This document shows positions 38,391-49,649 of a DNA stretch of 64,000 nt, piece after piece. The notes beneath the pieces are model-generated. The model saw only the letters and a program-made list of their open reading frames with translations. It was not told the origin of the DNA and ran no database searches. Position 1 is the stretch's first letter. Each line of letters begins with the position of its first letter. Origin of the DNA: Ginglymostoma cirratum (lineage: Eukaryota); the NCBI GenBank assembly GCA_024137785.1, contig JAHRHZ010000075.1, forward strand, positions 4,949,068 through 5,013,067, written 5' to 3'. Made by a program: the position numbers and the translations under genes.

Positions 38391-38428
38391 CATTTCTGAT
38401 GAAGGGTCTAGGCCCGAAATGTCAAGCT
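38391..38428 (+). ncRNA. Minimal hammerhead ribozyme motif (family 2)
   Basis: CTGATGA 38396-38402, agggtctaggccc, GAAA 38416-38419, tGTC. Confidence 0.7.
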
Positions 38429-38644
38429 TTCCTGCTCTATGATGCTGCTTGGCCTGCTGTGTTCATCCAGCTCTTCACTTTGTTATCTCTCATGTTCCGA
38501 GGTACCATCAGTTCTAAGGAAGGATCACTGGACCCAAAACATTAACTCTGATTCCTCTTCACAGATGCTGCCAGACCTGATGATCTTTTCCAGCAACTTC
38601 TGTTTTCCAAACAATTTTAGAAAACAGGTTTACAAACAATGCTC

Positions 38645-39560
38645 AGAGATAGCAAGAACTGCTGATGCTGGAGTCAGAGACAACACAGTATGGAGCTGGA
38701 AGAACACAGCAGGCCAGGCAGCAAGAGGAGCAGGAAAGTTGACTTTTCGGGTCAGGACCCTTCTTCAGAAATGGGGTAGGGAGCTCTGAAATAAATAGAG
38801 AGAGGAGGGATGGAACTGGGGACGGTAGGTGGGATGGTGATAGGTGAGTGCATGTCGGCAGTGGTGGGGATTGGTCAGTGAGGTGGGAGAGGTAGATAGG
38901 TGGGAGAGAAGATGGACAGGTTGTATCAGGTCAAGGAGGCGGGGATGAGAGGGAGAGTTGGTCATGGGATGAGGTTGGGGGTGGGGAGATTTTAAAACTG
39001 GTGAATTCCATGTTTAGGCCATCAGGCTGTAGGGTGCCGAGGTAGAATATGAATGTATCAGATAGGGTGGAGAAAAAGTGTTGGTTGAGGTTGTGAATCC
39101 ACCTCAGGACCCTACAGCCCGCTGAGGTGGATTCACAACCTCAACCAACCCTTTTTTTTCACCCTATCTGATACATTCATATTCCACCTCGGCACCCTAC
39201 AGCCTGATGGCCTAAACATGGAATTCACCAGTTTTAAAATCTCCCCACTCCCACCCTCATCCCACATCCAACACCTCCCCCATCCCTGCCTCCTTGACAT
39301 GACACAACCTGTCCATCTTATCTCCCACCTATCTGTCCCTCACATCCCACTGACCAATCCCCACCACTGCCTACATGCACTCACCTATCACCATCCCACC
39401 TACCTTCCCCAGCTCCATCCCTCCTCTCTCTATTTATTTCTGAGCTCCCTTCACCCTCCCCCATTTCTGAAGAAAGGTCCCGACCCGAAATGTCAGCTTT
39501 CCTGCTCCTCTGATGCTGCCTGGCCTGCTGTGTTCCTCCAGCTCCACACTGTTATCTCTA
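38645..39560. mobile_element. Palindromic Penelope insertion (two ~440-bp arms, termini outward)
   Basis: Arms 38645-39107 and 39122-39560; 14-nt loop; hammerhead cores at 38738-38770 (minus) and 39467-39494 (plus). Confidence 0.9.
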
Positions 39561-39974
39561 AATCTTGTTCCTAAAATAGGTGCAAAACAATGGTTAACAT
39601 ATAAACTGTAATCTGGAAATAGAACGATACCTCCTTAATTTCAAACACAGGCACACTCACAAAACATAAAAGCTAAGTATCTGCTGAGACAATTTTATTT
39701 TTTAAAAAATAGAGGAAACATGGTTTTGGGGCATGGCTTGAAAGCAAAGATACGAAGGTGGAATTTGATAATTGCTCACGGTATACCGTCTATCTTGTTG
39801 ATGAATTCCAATTACTGACTGATATTCTGATGCAAGACTTTCAGTTCACATTGAAATCAAGCTGGATCCAAGCAAGTCTTCGTTAAATAGCCTTGGTTCG
39901 GCTTTTCAGGCCTTATAAGGTAATCAAAAACTTATTGGAAACTTTATCAGGTTCCCAAAAACTTCTCAAATAAA

Positions 39975-40100
39975 GATAAAAAACTGCTCTAAATCTGAAA
40001 CAAGAACAAAGAATGCTGGAGAAACTCAGCAGGTCTGGCAACATTTGTGGAGAGAGAAACGAAGGTAATGTTTCAAGACTGGTGTGACTTCTTCAGTTTT
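39975..40100 (-). mobile_element. Penelope 3' terminus, degenerate
   Basis: gaatgctggagaaactcagcaggtctggcaacatttgtggagagagaaac...gtttcaagactggtgtgacttcttcag. Confidence 0.7.
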
Positions 40101-40629
40101 TGAAGTTTTGATGAGTTTGTTGAATTTTGTTAATTTTTCTTTTGCTGAGTTTCTGCAGTATTCTCTGTGCTTGTCCCAAAAGCTTCTGAGAGAAAAGGGG
40201 GACAGACTTGCATCTCCTGGAGTTTCTTCCTTACTGGCTGCTCAGGTCTATAAAATAGGAAACTAATGGTTTTCTAGACAACCATTAGCATTGAGACCCT
40301 ACACTCTTTTCAAATCCAGATTTTCCAGTAATTAAAGCCATAAACTCCATCTCTTATCTGCCTAAAATCCTTTGCTTGTCATTTCTCTAAAGTCCCTTCA
40401 CATTCTGTGAACAGCAGGTAGACCTCAGCCTTTGTTGAAGTGTTGACTTCATTTCCAAGACCCCATATGAAATAAGCCCTTTTCAATCCAGAGGATCTCT
40501 AAACAGTTATGTAGCGTCCAGTTTTTCACATAGTTCATAAAACAAAATATGTTTACCCAAGTCAGCTTTTGGAGGCTTATGTCCTGTAAATATATTGTCA
40601 GGAAAGATTTTCATCGCTCTTGTTTGATG

Positions 40630-43600
40630 GGAGTCCACATAGGGAGATAGAAGAGAGAGAAACAAGGGGAAAAGCAAATGACAGAATGTGAAATAAGAAA
40701 AGTTATAAGCAGAGAATTCAAGGACAAGAATCACACAGGGCCATAGTGCAAAATAATACAAATGGCACTAAAAATGTTAAAAATTCAAGCTTTTATCCCC
40801 CGTGTCTTAATGCCTGGAGCATTCACAATGAAGTGGATGAATTACTTGTATAGTTAAACATGAATGATATCACTGGAATTGTGGAGATGTGGTTGTCGGG
40901 TGACCAGCGATGGGAATTGAGTATCCAGGAGTATTCAGTTTTTAGGAAGGACGGACAAAAAGGTAAAGGATCTGGGGTAGCATTGCTGTTTAAAGGGGAC
41001 ATTAAAGCAGTAATGAGGAAGGAGATGAGCTCCAGTGAAATGGGGTCTGTGTGGCTAGAGCTTAGAAAAACCAGAAGACGATAGTGGGGGATGTACTGAG
41101 ACTCCCAAAGTGTAATGGTATGTTGGGGAAGTCATTAAACAGTAAATTAGAGACAGTATCATAATAAAGGTACAGCTGTAATTATGGGCCACTTTAATCT
41201 GCCTATAGATTGGGCAAATCAAATCAGTAACCGTACTGTAAGGGAGGAATTTCTGCAGTGTGTGTGGGATGGTTTTCTGGATCAATAAATTGAGGAATCA
41301 ATCAGAGAACAGGCGCTCCTAGAGTGGCTATTGTTTAATGATCCAGGAATAATTAGTAACTTACTTGTGTGAGACCCTCGGGAAGAGTGACCACAATATG
41401 ATAGAATGTTTCAATTAAGACGGAGAGTATCTTAGTTGATTCTGAAAGTAGGGTGCTGAATCTAAATAAAGGAAACCATGCTGGTTTGCAGCATTAGGTA
41501 GCTATGATAAATTGTGGCATGGTACTGAAACAGATGATAGTGGAAAGGGCAATGGCAAACATTCAAAGAGGCACATGGAGGAATGGGAACAATTGTTTCT
41601 TCATGTCTGATACAAAAGTTAAACAGGAAAACTGACTCAACTATGGCTAACAAATGAAATTAGCGATAACATTATATTCAGAGGAGGGACATATAATTTG
41701 GCCAAAAAAAGCAATAGACCTGAGTACTGGGGACTGTTTAGATTTCAACAAAGGAATTGATTAACAGCAGAAGAACAAAGCACAAGAGTAAGCTTGCAGG
41801 AGGATACAAATTAGTTGTAAAACTTCCATAGTCATGTGAAGAGAAAATGATTGATGAAGACAAGTGCTGGTCCCTTACAGTCAGAAACAGAGAAGTTACA
41901 ATGGGGAACAAAAAGATGGCAGACCAATTAAGTACGTATTTTGGATCTATATTCACAAATGAAGACACAAATAATTTTCCAAAAATGTGAGGGAACACAG
42001 GGCCTACTGACAGGAACAGAGTGAAGGAAATCAGTATTAGAAGGAAAATGGTGTTGGAGAAATTAATGGGATTAAAGACTGATAAATCCCCAGGCCTCAG
42101 TATTCTACATCCCAAAGTACTTAAGGAATGATTCTGGAAATAGTGGATATTTCCAGATCATTTCAGAATTCTATAGGTATTGGAATCGTTCCTATGGATT
42201 GGAGAACAATTAAAGTGACCCCAGTATTTTTTAAAAAAAGAGAGATAGTAAACAGGGAATTGCTGACCCGTTAGCCTGACATTGGTAATTGGGAAAATGC
42301 TAGGGTCTATTCTGAAAGATTTAATAGCAGAGCACTTGGAAAACAGTGACAAGATTGGATAGAGTTAGGGTGGATTTATGAAAAGGAAATCATGCTTGAT
42401 AAATTTGCTGGACTTCTTCAGGGATGTAACTTGCAGGAGTTGATAAGGTAGAAACAGTGGATGTGCTATACATGGAGACATAGAGTCATAGAGTCATACA
42501 GCACAGAAATAGGCCCTTCGGCCCAATTTGTCCATACCAGTCAGGCTTCCTAAACTGAATTAATTCCTCTTCCTGGAGTTTGGCCTGTATATCTCTAAAC
42601 CTTTCCAATCCATGTACCTGTCAAAACGTCTTTTAAATGTTGTAATTGTACCCACTTCTACCATTTCCTCTGGCAGCTCGTTCCACATACTCACCACCCA
42701 CTGCGTGAAAAAGTTGCCCCTCAGGCCCCTTTCAAATCTTGCCTTTCTCATCTAGTTTTGGACTCCCCTACCCTGGCAAAAAGACCTTGGCTATTCAACT
42801 ATTCTATACCTTTCACGATTTTATAAACCTCTTTAAGGTCACCCCTCAGCATCTTACGTTCCAGGGAGAATAGTCCCAGCCTGTTCATCCTCTCCTTATA
42901 GGTCAAACATTCCAGTCTCGGTAACATCCTTGTAAATCTTTTTTGCACCCTTTCCAGTTTAATAACATCCTCCCTATAGCAGGGCGATCACAATTACATG
43001 CAGTAATCCAAATGTGGCCTTACTAATATCTTGTACTGCTGTAATAAGACATCCCAACTCCCGTACTCAATATTCTGAATGATGAACCCAAATGTACCAC
43101 ACACCACCTTCAACTCCCTGTCTACCTGGTCGCCACTTTCAAGGAACTGTGAACTTGCATCCATAGGTCTCTCAACATCACTCCCCAGGGCCCCACCATT
43201 AACCGTTTAAGTCCTGCCCTGGTTTTGTCTTACCAAAATACAACACCTTGAATTAAGGTCATTTGTGATTTCTCAGCCCATTGGCCCAGCTGACCAAGAT
43301 CCTATTGCACTCTTAGATAACCTTCTTCATTTTCCATGAAGGCCTTTGGTAAGGTTCCCCATTAGAGATTAGTATGTAAAATTAAAATGCATGGGATTGT
43401 GGCTAGTGTACTGATATGGATCAAGAACCAGTTGATAGACTGGAAACAAAGTGAAGGAAAAAACAGGACCTTTCCTGATTGGCAGCCAGTGATTAGTGGG
43501 GAACCATAGGGATCAGTGCTTGGACATCAACTATGCACAATAAATGTTAATGATTTAGAGGAGGGCACTAAATTTAACATCTCCAAAGTTTGCAGAAGAC

Positions 43601-44305
43601 ACCAGTTGTGTGACAGAGTGAGCTGTGAGGAGGATCCAGAGATGCTCCCGTGTGGTTTGAGCATGTTGAGTGAATAGGCAAATGCATAGCAGATGAAGTA
43701 ACAATGTGGATGAACGTGAGATTGTCAACTTTAGTAGCCAAAAACAGGAAGGCAGGTTATTATCTGAATGGCAATAGATTGGGAAAGGGGTAGGAGCGGC
43801 GAGACTTGGATACCCTTGTACACCAGTCACTGAAGGTAAGTATGCAGGTGCAGCAAACAGTGAAGATGACAAATGATATGTTGATCTCCAGAGTGAGAGG
43901 ATTTAAGTACGGGAACAGGGATGTCTTATTGCAAATGAACAGGGTCCTAGTGAGCCTACACCTGTAGAATTGCACGCAGTTTTGGTCTCCTTTTCTGAGG
44001 AAGGATGTTCTGACTATGACAGGAGTGCAAGAAGGGTTTGCCATACAGATTCATAGGGTGGCAGGACTAACATATGAAGGTAGTCTGGTTCAGCTATAAC
44101 TATACTCACTGAACTTTAGAAGAATGATGGGGATCTTACAGACTCCTGTAAAATTCTAACAGGATTATACAGGGTAAATGCAGGAAGGATATCCCTGGTG
44201 ACTGGAGAGACCAAAACTAGGGCTCACAGTCTGAGGACATTTTTTTTCACCCAAAGGGTGGTGAATCTGTGGAATTCCCTGCCACGGAATGTGGTTGAGG
44301 CCATA
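40630..44305 (+). mobile_element. Degenerate long CR1 LINE ORF2 (APE endonuclease + RT), split by a nested CR1
   Basis: ITGIVEMWL...FRKDGQKGKGSGVALLFK (EN); DKSPG; gccagtgattagtggggaacca...ggatcagtgcttgga (V-SG-PQGSVLG); tttgcagaagacacc (FADD-like). Confidence 0.9.
42475..43335 (-). mobile_element. CR1 LINE 3' portion nested antisense in the older CR1
   Basis: NFFTQWVVSMWNELP; tail (catagagt)n at 42479-42500. Confidence 0.9.
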
Positions 44306-44879
44306 GTTGATTTTACGGTGCTGACATTATCATTATGAGTTATGTGAATGCCTTTCTCTGTTACCAAATTAATTAGCATTGCCAGAGACATAGTATGTGT
44401 TAAGTGCTTGCCACCCATGTAGGGAAGCACAAACAATGTTAGAGGAATGACGCTTCTCAAATTGAGAAGAATTAACCTGAGAGGTTCTGCAGCTGATTGA
44501 CACAGCCACATATTACATAGAAATGCATTTATCTTACAGAAAAAAGATAGATATCCAGTCAAGTATTTAACAGAATCACAGAATCATTACAGTGAAGAAT
44601 GAGTCCATTCAGTCTATGCCTGTTCTCCAAATTAGCATTTCACTTCATACCATTCTCCAGCTTAGTCCCAGTAGCCCGACAGTTTGTTCCTTTTCAAATG
44701 GCACTCTAATTTATTTTAGAATGCATCAACTTACTTGCCTTTATCAAAGGTTAGAGTTATTCATAGGCCACCAAATAGTAGTGGTAGTGTAAGGCATGGT
44801 ACTAAACAGGAGATGAGAGAAATATGTAGCATGTAGCATGGGCAACACAGTAATCATGGGTGACTTAAATCTGCATATA

Positions 44880-46860
44880 AGAATATAAAAACCAAGAGCA
44901 AGAGGAAATAAATCAACCCCTCAAGCTTGTTCCGCCATTTAATATGATCATGACTTATCTCATATCAATCTCAACACCACTTTCTTGTCTGCTCCCTAAA
45001 GCCCTTTAAACCATTATTAATTAAAAATCTATCTCCTCCTTAAATTTAATCAGTGTCCTGGCATCCACTACACTCTGAGGTAGTGAATTCTACAAAATCA
45101 TGACCCTTTGAGATAAGTAATTCCTCCTCATCTCTGTTTTAAATTTGCCACCCCTTAACCTAAAACTATGCTCTCACATTCTGGATTGCCCACAAAGGGA
45201 AACAAATGGTATACATCTTCTTTGTCAATCCCTTCTAGCAACTTATACACCTCAATTAGATCTCTCATTCTTCTAAACTCTCGTGAGTACATAGTTGGGT
45301 AAACCAATGAAACACTTCCAAAAATTTGGCAACCAGAACTGAATGCAATATCCCAGTTGCTACATATTTCTCTCAGCTCCTGTTTAATACCATGCTGTAC
45401 AATTCCACTATTATTTGGTGGTCTAAGAATAACTCCAAATTTTATATATAGTTTGAATTTAATTGCTTTGCTTTCCTATTCTCTATGGCCAGGTTTCTGT
45501 ATGCTTTATGAGGCACTCTCTCAAACTATCCTGCCACCTTCAATGATTTATGCATATACATATTTTCTAAAAATGTTTCCTGCAGTACTCTTAGCATAAT
45601 ACTTTTTACTTTTTTCCTCTGCATTCTTTATGACAAAATTAATCACTTTATACTTCTCTGCATTAATTTTCATCTGTTACATATCTATCCATTCAACAAA
45701 TTGACTGTGTGTTTTTGAGATTCTGTGCTATTCACCTCATTGTTCACAATACTTCTACATTTCCTATCGTTCTCAAATTTTGAAATTTTTGCACCCTGTG
45801 TACCAAGCTCCAGGTTATATATACCAGGTGGAGAAGAAGTTCCCACACCAGTTCTGGGGAATGCCACAGTAACTCTTGATCCTGCCTGAAAAAACAACCA
45901 TTCATCACTACTCTTTAATTACTCTCATCTGGCGAATTTTGTATCCATTTTATTACTATCCCTTTTATTCCATGAACTTCAACATTGCTCATAAATCTGT
46001 TGTGCAATGTTTCAACAAGCGTTTTTTGCAGGTCAACAACATCACCCTCATCATCAATCCTTACAATTACCTTGTCAAAAACCCAAACGAATTAGTTGCA
46101 AATGATTTGCTTTTAACAAATCCTGGTTGATGTACCTCAAGTAAATAAAATTTGCCCAGGTGACAATTCATTTTGTGTGGAATATCGTTTCTAAAATCAG
46201 CCCTACCACTAAGGTTAAATTAACTGGAATGTACTTGTGGGTTTGCATTTAAACCCCTTTCTGACTATTTGCAACTTTCCAGTCCTCTGGCACCAGTCTA
46301 AGGAAGATTGGAAAAATATTTCCAGTGCCTCTGCAATTTTCACTCTCAGTTCATTTCTTATCCTTGGATGTATCATATCCAATCCTGGTGTCTTATCAAC
46401 TTTAAGAATAGAATATCCAAAAGCTCCTACTTAACAATTTTAAACCTTTCAAGTGTCTGAAGACTTTTCTTTTTCACCATGATATAAATATCATCATCTC
46501 TCTTGAGAACTTATAAATGATTCATTAAAAATCTTTGCATTCATGCAAAAATCCATCTTTTGGTGCCTAACTGATTCCTCTCCTCCTCTTACCACTTTTT
46601 TTTACTTTTCTTTCCCTATAGAGACTCTGGAATTCCCTTTTATGCTAGCTACCAATCTCACCTCCTATTCTCTCATTGTTTCCCTTATTTGCTTTTTCAA
46701 TTCCCCTCTGAACTGGTTCTCAATTGTATTACCCACCTAATATTTAATAACACATTCTTTTTCTGTTTCACCTTAATCTCTAATTCTTTTATCATTCAGA
46801 ATATTTTGGATTTGAGCACCTTACCCTTCCCATTCAAGGGAATATACTTGATTGTGTTTG
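44880..46860 (-). mobile_element. Cluster of old antisense CR1 fragments
   Basis: Tail at 44880-44950; ccagaactgaatgcaata (YCIQFW on minus) at 45333; further diverged ORF2 pieces to 46860. Confidence 0.65.
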
Positions 46861-46934
46861 TTCACATACTAATCTTTAATTCTAATTTATCTAGGCCAGA
46901 ATGTTTTTAATTAGAACTTAATTAGGAACAGGTC

Positions 46935-47200
46935 GGATTGGTGTTTGGGAGCTGGAGCGTTTGGGAGTTGCTGAATGCCGAGGTGATCCACAGTGAATAC
47001 ATCTGTAGTAAGAGTGTGCAACTAGAGCAACTTTTGATCCAAATTGAGGACCTGGAGACTGACCTGCAGACATTGCACTGCATCAGGAGGGTAACAATTG
47101 CTTGGACATTTTGGTCTAGGAGGCAGTGTCACCACTTCAATTAGCCAATTCAAATAGTCTGTAATCAAGGACAGGAGGGTGTGATGGTATATGAAACAGG
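46935..47200 (+). mobile_element. CR1 ORF1 (zinc finger/leucine zipper) relic
   Basis: WELLNAEVIHSEYICSKSVQLEQLLIQIEDLETDLQTLHCI, paralogous to ORF 52489-52686. Confidence 0.6.
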
Positions 47201-47852
47201 GGACCCAAGGACCAGCACATTATCTAAAAATGACAGATTGCAGTGATCTGAGATTCAGAGAAATCCGTGTGTCCTAGTGTATGAATCACAGAATATTACT
47301 GTGTGTGCACAGAGAGCAATCAGGCAATCTAATTGAATCTAATCTCTTCCAATTCCTCCTACTTCCTACAGACAAAGGGGGTGGCCATGGGTACCCGCAT
47401 GGGCCCAAGCTATGCCTGCATCTTTGCAGGTTACGTGGAACAATCCCTCTTCCGTACCTACACTGGCCCTAAACCCCACCTCTTCCTCCGTTACATTGAT
47501 GACTGCATCGGCGCCGCCTTGTGCTCCCACGAGGAGCTCGAACAGTTCATCCACTTCACCAACACCTTCCACCCCAACCTGAAGTTCACCTAGACCATCT
47601 CCAACACTTCTCTCTCCTTCTTGGACCTCTCTGTTTCCATCTCGGGTAACCACCTAGAAACAATGTCCATTTCAAGCCCACTGACTCCCACAGCTACCTG
47701 GAATACACCTCTTCCCACCCACCTTCCTGCAAAATGCCATCCCCTATTCCCAATTCCTTCGCCTCTGCCGCATCTGCTCCCAGGATGAGACATTCCACTC
47801 CCGTACATCCGAAACATCCTCATTCTTCAAGGACCGCAACTTCCTCCCCACA

Positions 47853-48572
47853 GTGGTCGAGAACGCATCCCTCACTCCCCGTCCCCACAATACTAACCAA
47901 AAAAGAATCCCCCTCGTCCTCACATACCACCCCACCAACCTCCGGATCCAACGCATCATCCTCCGACACTTCCGCCATCTGCAACCAGACCCCACCATCA
48001 AAGACATTTTTCCCTCCCCACCCTTATCTGCCTTCCGGAGGGACCACTCCCTCCGCGACTCCCTTGTCTGCTCCACACTCCCCTCCAGCCCCACCACACC
48101 CGGCACTTTTCCCTGCAACCGCAGGAAGTGCTACACCTGCCCCCACACCTCCTCCCTCACCCCAATCCCAGGCCCCAAGAAGACTTTCCACATCAGGCAG
48201 ATGTTCACCTGCACATCTGTCAATGTGGTATACTGCATCCGCTGTACCCGTTGTGGCTTCCTCTACATCGGGGAAACCAAGCGGAGGCTTGGGGACCATT
48301 TTGCAGAACACCTGCGCTCAGTTCGCAACAAACAACTGCACCTCCCAGTCGCGAACCATTTCAACTCCCCCTCCCATTCCTCAGATGACACGTCCATCCT
48401 GGGCCTCCTGCAATGCCACAGTGATGCCACCCGAAGGCTGCAGGAACAGCAACTCATATTCAGCCTGGGAACCCTGCAGCCCAATGGCATCAATGTGGAT
48501 TTCACAAGCTTCAAAATCTCCCCTCCCCCAACCGCATCCCAAAACCAGCCCAGCTCATCTCCACCTCCCTAA
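47853..48572 (+). CDS. Penelope Cys-linker + GIY-YIG endonuclease reading frame (part of a disrupted pol)
   Basis: PCNRRKCYTC linker; NVVYCIRCTRCGFLYIGETKRRLGDHFAEH; LGTLQPNGIN. Upstream RT has a stop at 47591 and a frameshift. Confidence 0.85.
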   Translation: MVENASLTPRPHNTNQKRIPLVLTYHPTNLRIQRIILRHFRHLQPDPTIKDIFPSPPLSAFRRDHSLRDSLVCSTLPSSPTTPGTFPCNRRKCYTCPHTSSLTPIPGPKKTFHIRQMFTCTSVNVVYCIRCTRCGFLYIGETKRRLGDHFAEHLRSVRNKQLHLPVANHFNSPSHSSDDTSILGLLQCHSDATRRLQEQQLIFSLGTLQPNGINVDFTSFKISPPPTASQNQPSSSPPP

Positions 48573-48822
48573 CCTGTTTTTCCTCTCACCTCAAGCCACA
48601 CCCCCATCTCCTATCTACTAACATCATCCCGCCCCCTTGACCTGTCCATCCTCCCTGGACTGACCTATCTCCTCCCTACCCCCCTACCTACACTCACCTT
48701 TACTGGCTCCATCCCCGCCTCTTCGACTTGTCTGTCTCCTCTCCACCTATCCTCTCCTCTATCCATCCTCTATCCGCCTCCCCCTCGCTCCCTATTTATT
48801 TCAGAACCCTCTTCCCCTCCCC

Positions 48823-48860
48823 CATTTCTGATGAAGGGTCTAGGCCTGAAACGTCAAGTT
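48823..48860 (+). ncRNA. Minimal type I hammerhead ribozyme motif (family 2)
   Basis: attt-CTGATGA(48828-48834)-agggtctaggcct-GAAA(48848-48851)-cGTC-aagt; stem I attt/aagt; predicted cleavage after 48855. Confidence 0.75.
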
Positions 48861-48968
48861 TTCCTGCTCCTATGATGCTGCTTGACCTGCTGTGTTCATC
48901 CAGCCCCATGCTTGTTATCTCGGATTCTCCAGCATCTGCAGTACCTTTTATCTCGAATCTAATTGAAT

Positions 48969-49590
48969 GTTATGTTTTGTTGTGAGGTGAATTGACTGCA
49001 AGAGTTGGGAGATTATGCTTTAGTTATGCAGGGATTTGATGAGAACACATCTAGAGTGCTGAGTACTGGTCACCACACCAATGGAAGGATGTTAAAGCAT
49101 TGGTTTACTACAGTGACACCTGGAACGAGCAGATTTCCTTATGACAAAAGGCTAAACAAGCTCGGCCTCTTCTGAAGATTAGAAGAGACAGGGTGATTTA
49201 ATTGAAACATAGAAGATTCTGAGGGAACTTGACTGGATGGTTGTCGAAACGATGTTTCATCTTGCCGGAGAATCTAGAACTAGGGATCATCTTTTAAAAA
49301 TTAAAACTTACCTTTTTAAGGCAGAGATAATGGGAAGAAAAGTTCTCTCTGAAAGTTGTAAGTCTTTGGAATTCCCGTCCTCAAAAAGCATGTAGATGTA
49401 GATGTGGATGTAGAGCCAGTAAAAACTTTTAAGGAAGACATCGATCTTGATCATGAAGGAGATGAGTGATTATTGCTCGTATGCAGGAATGTAGAGTTGA
49501 AGTTTAAGTCAGATCAGCCGTGATTTTATTGAGTGGTGGAGCAAGCTCAAAGGGCCAAGTGACTTCGTCTTGTTCCTGGTTCATATGTTT
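48969..49590 (+). mobile_element. Old CR1 3' portion (host of the Penelope insertion)
   Basis: Degenerate RPHLE, LFSLE and WNS motifs plus 3' UTR; continues from about 47280-47338. Confidence 0.7.
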
Positions 49591-49649
49591 ATATCAGTAT
49601 AGGTAGTGATAGGGAATGGAGAGAGTTCGGATAAAGGGGGTATTTTCAG

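Larger units (their letters stand above)
37166..38490. mobile_element. Younger Penelope element (family 2) as inverted pair nested in the older one, spanning the gap
   Basis: Minus arm 37166-37636, plus arm 38037-38490; TSD catgttcc(t/g)aggtacca 37149-37165 / 38491-38507; near-identical to 48470-48955. Confidence 0.9.
34611..38608 (-). mobile_element. Neptune-like Penelope element (family 1): degenerate RT + GIY-YIG on minus (about 34611-37030), inverted terminal copy at 37045-37165 + 38508-38608, 14-bp TSD
   Basis: ARFYHLPKIHK, MDVQSLYTS, FLQVRGMAM..MSPSYACLFMG, NLVYCICCAQCGLLYI; TSD aaacaattttagaa 34597-34610 / 38609-38622. Confidence 0.92.
47339..48955 (+). mobile_element. Young 5'-truncated Neptune-like Penelope element (family 2), 13-bp TSD
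   Basis: RT FLQTKGVAMGTRMGPSYA...RYIDD; TSD aatctaattgaat 47326-47338 / 48956-48968. Confidence 0.95.

Noticed and set aside
47734-48621. 295-aa Pro/Ser-rich ORF
   Set aside because: Alternative frame of the C-rich Penelope pol; the real frame is 47853-48572
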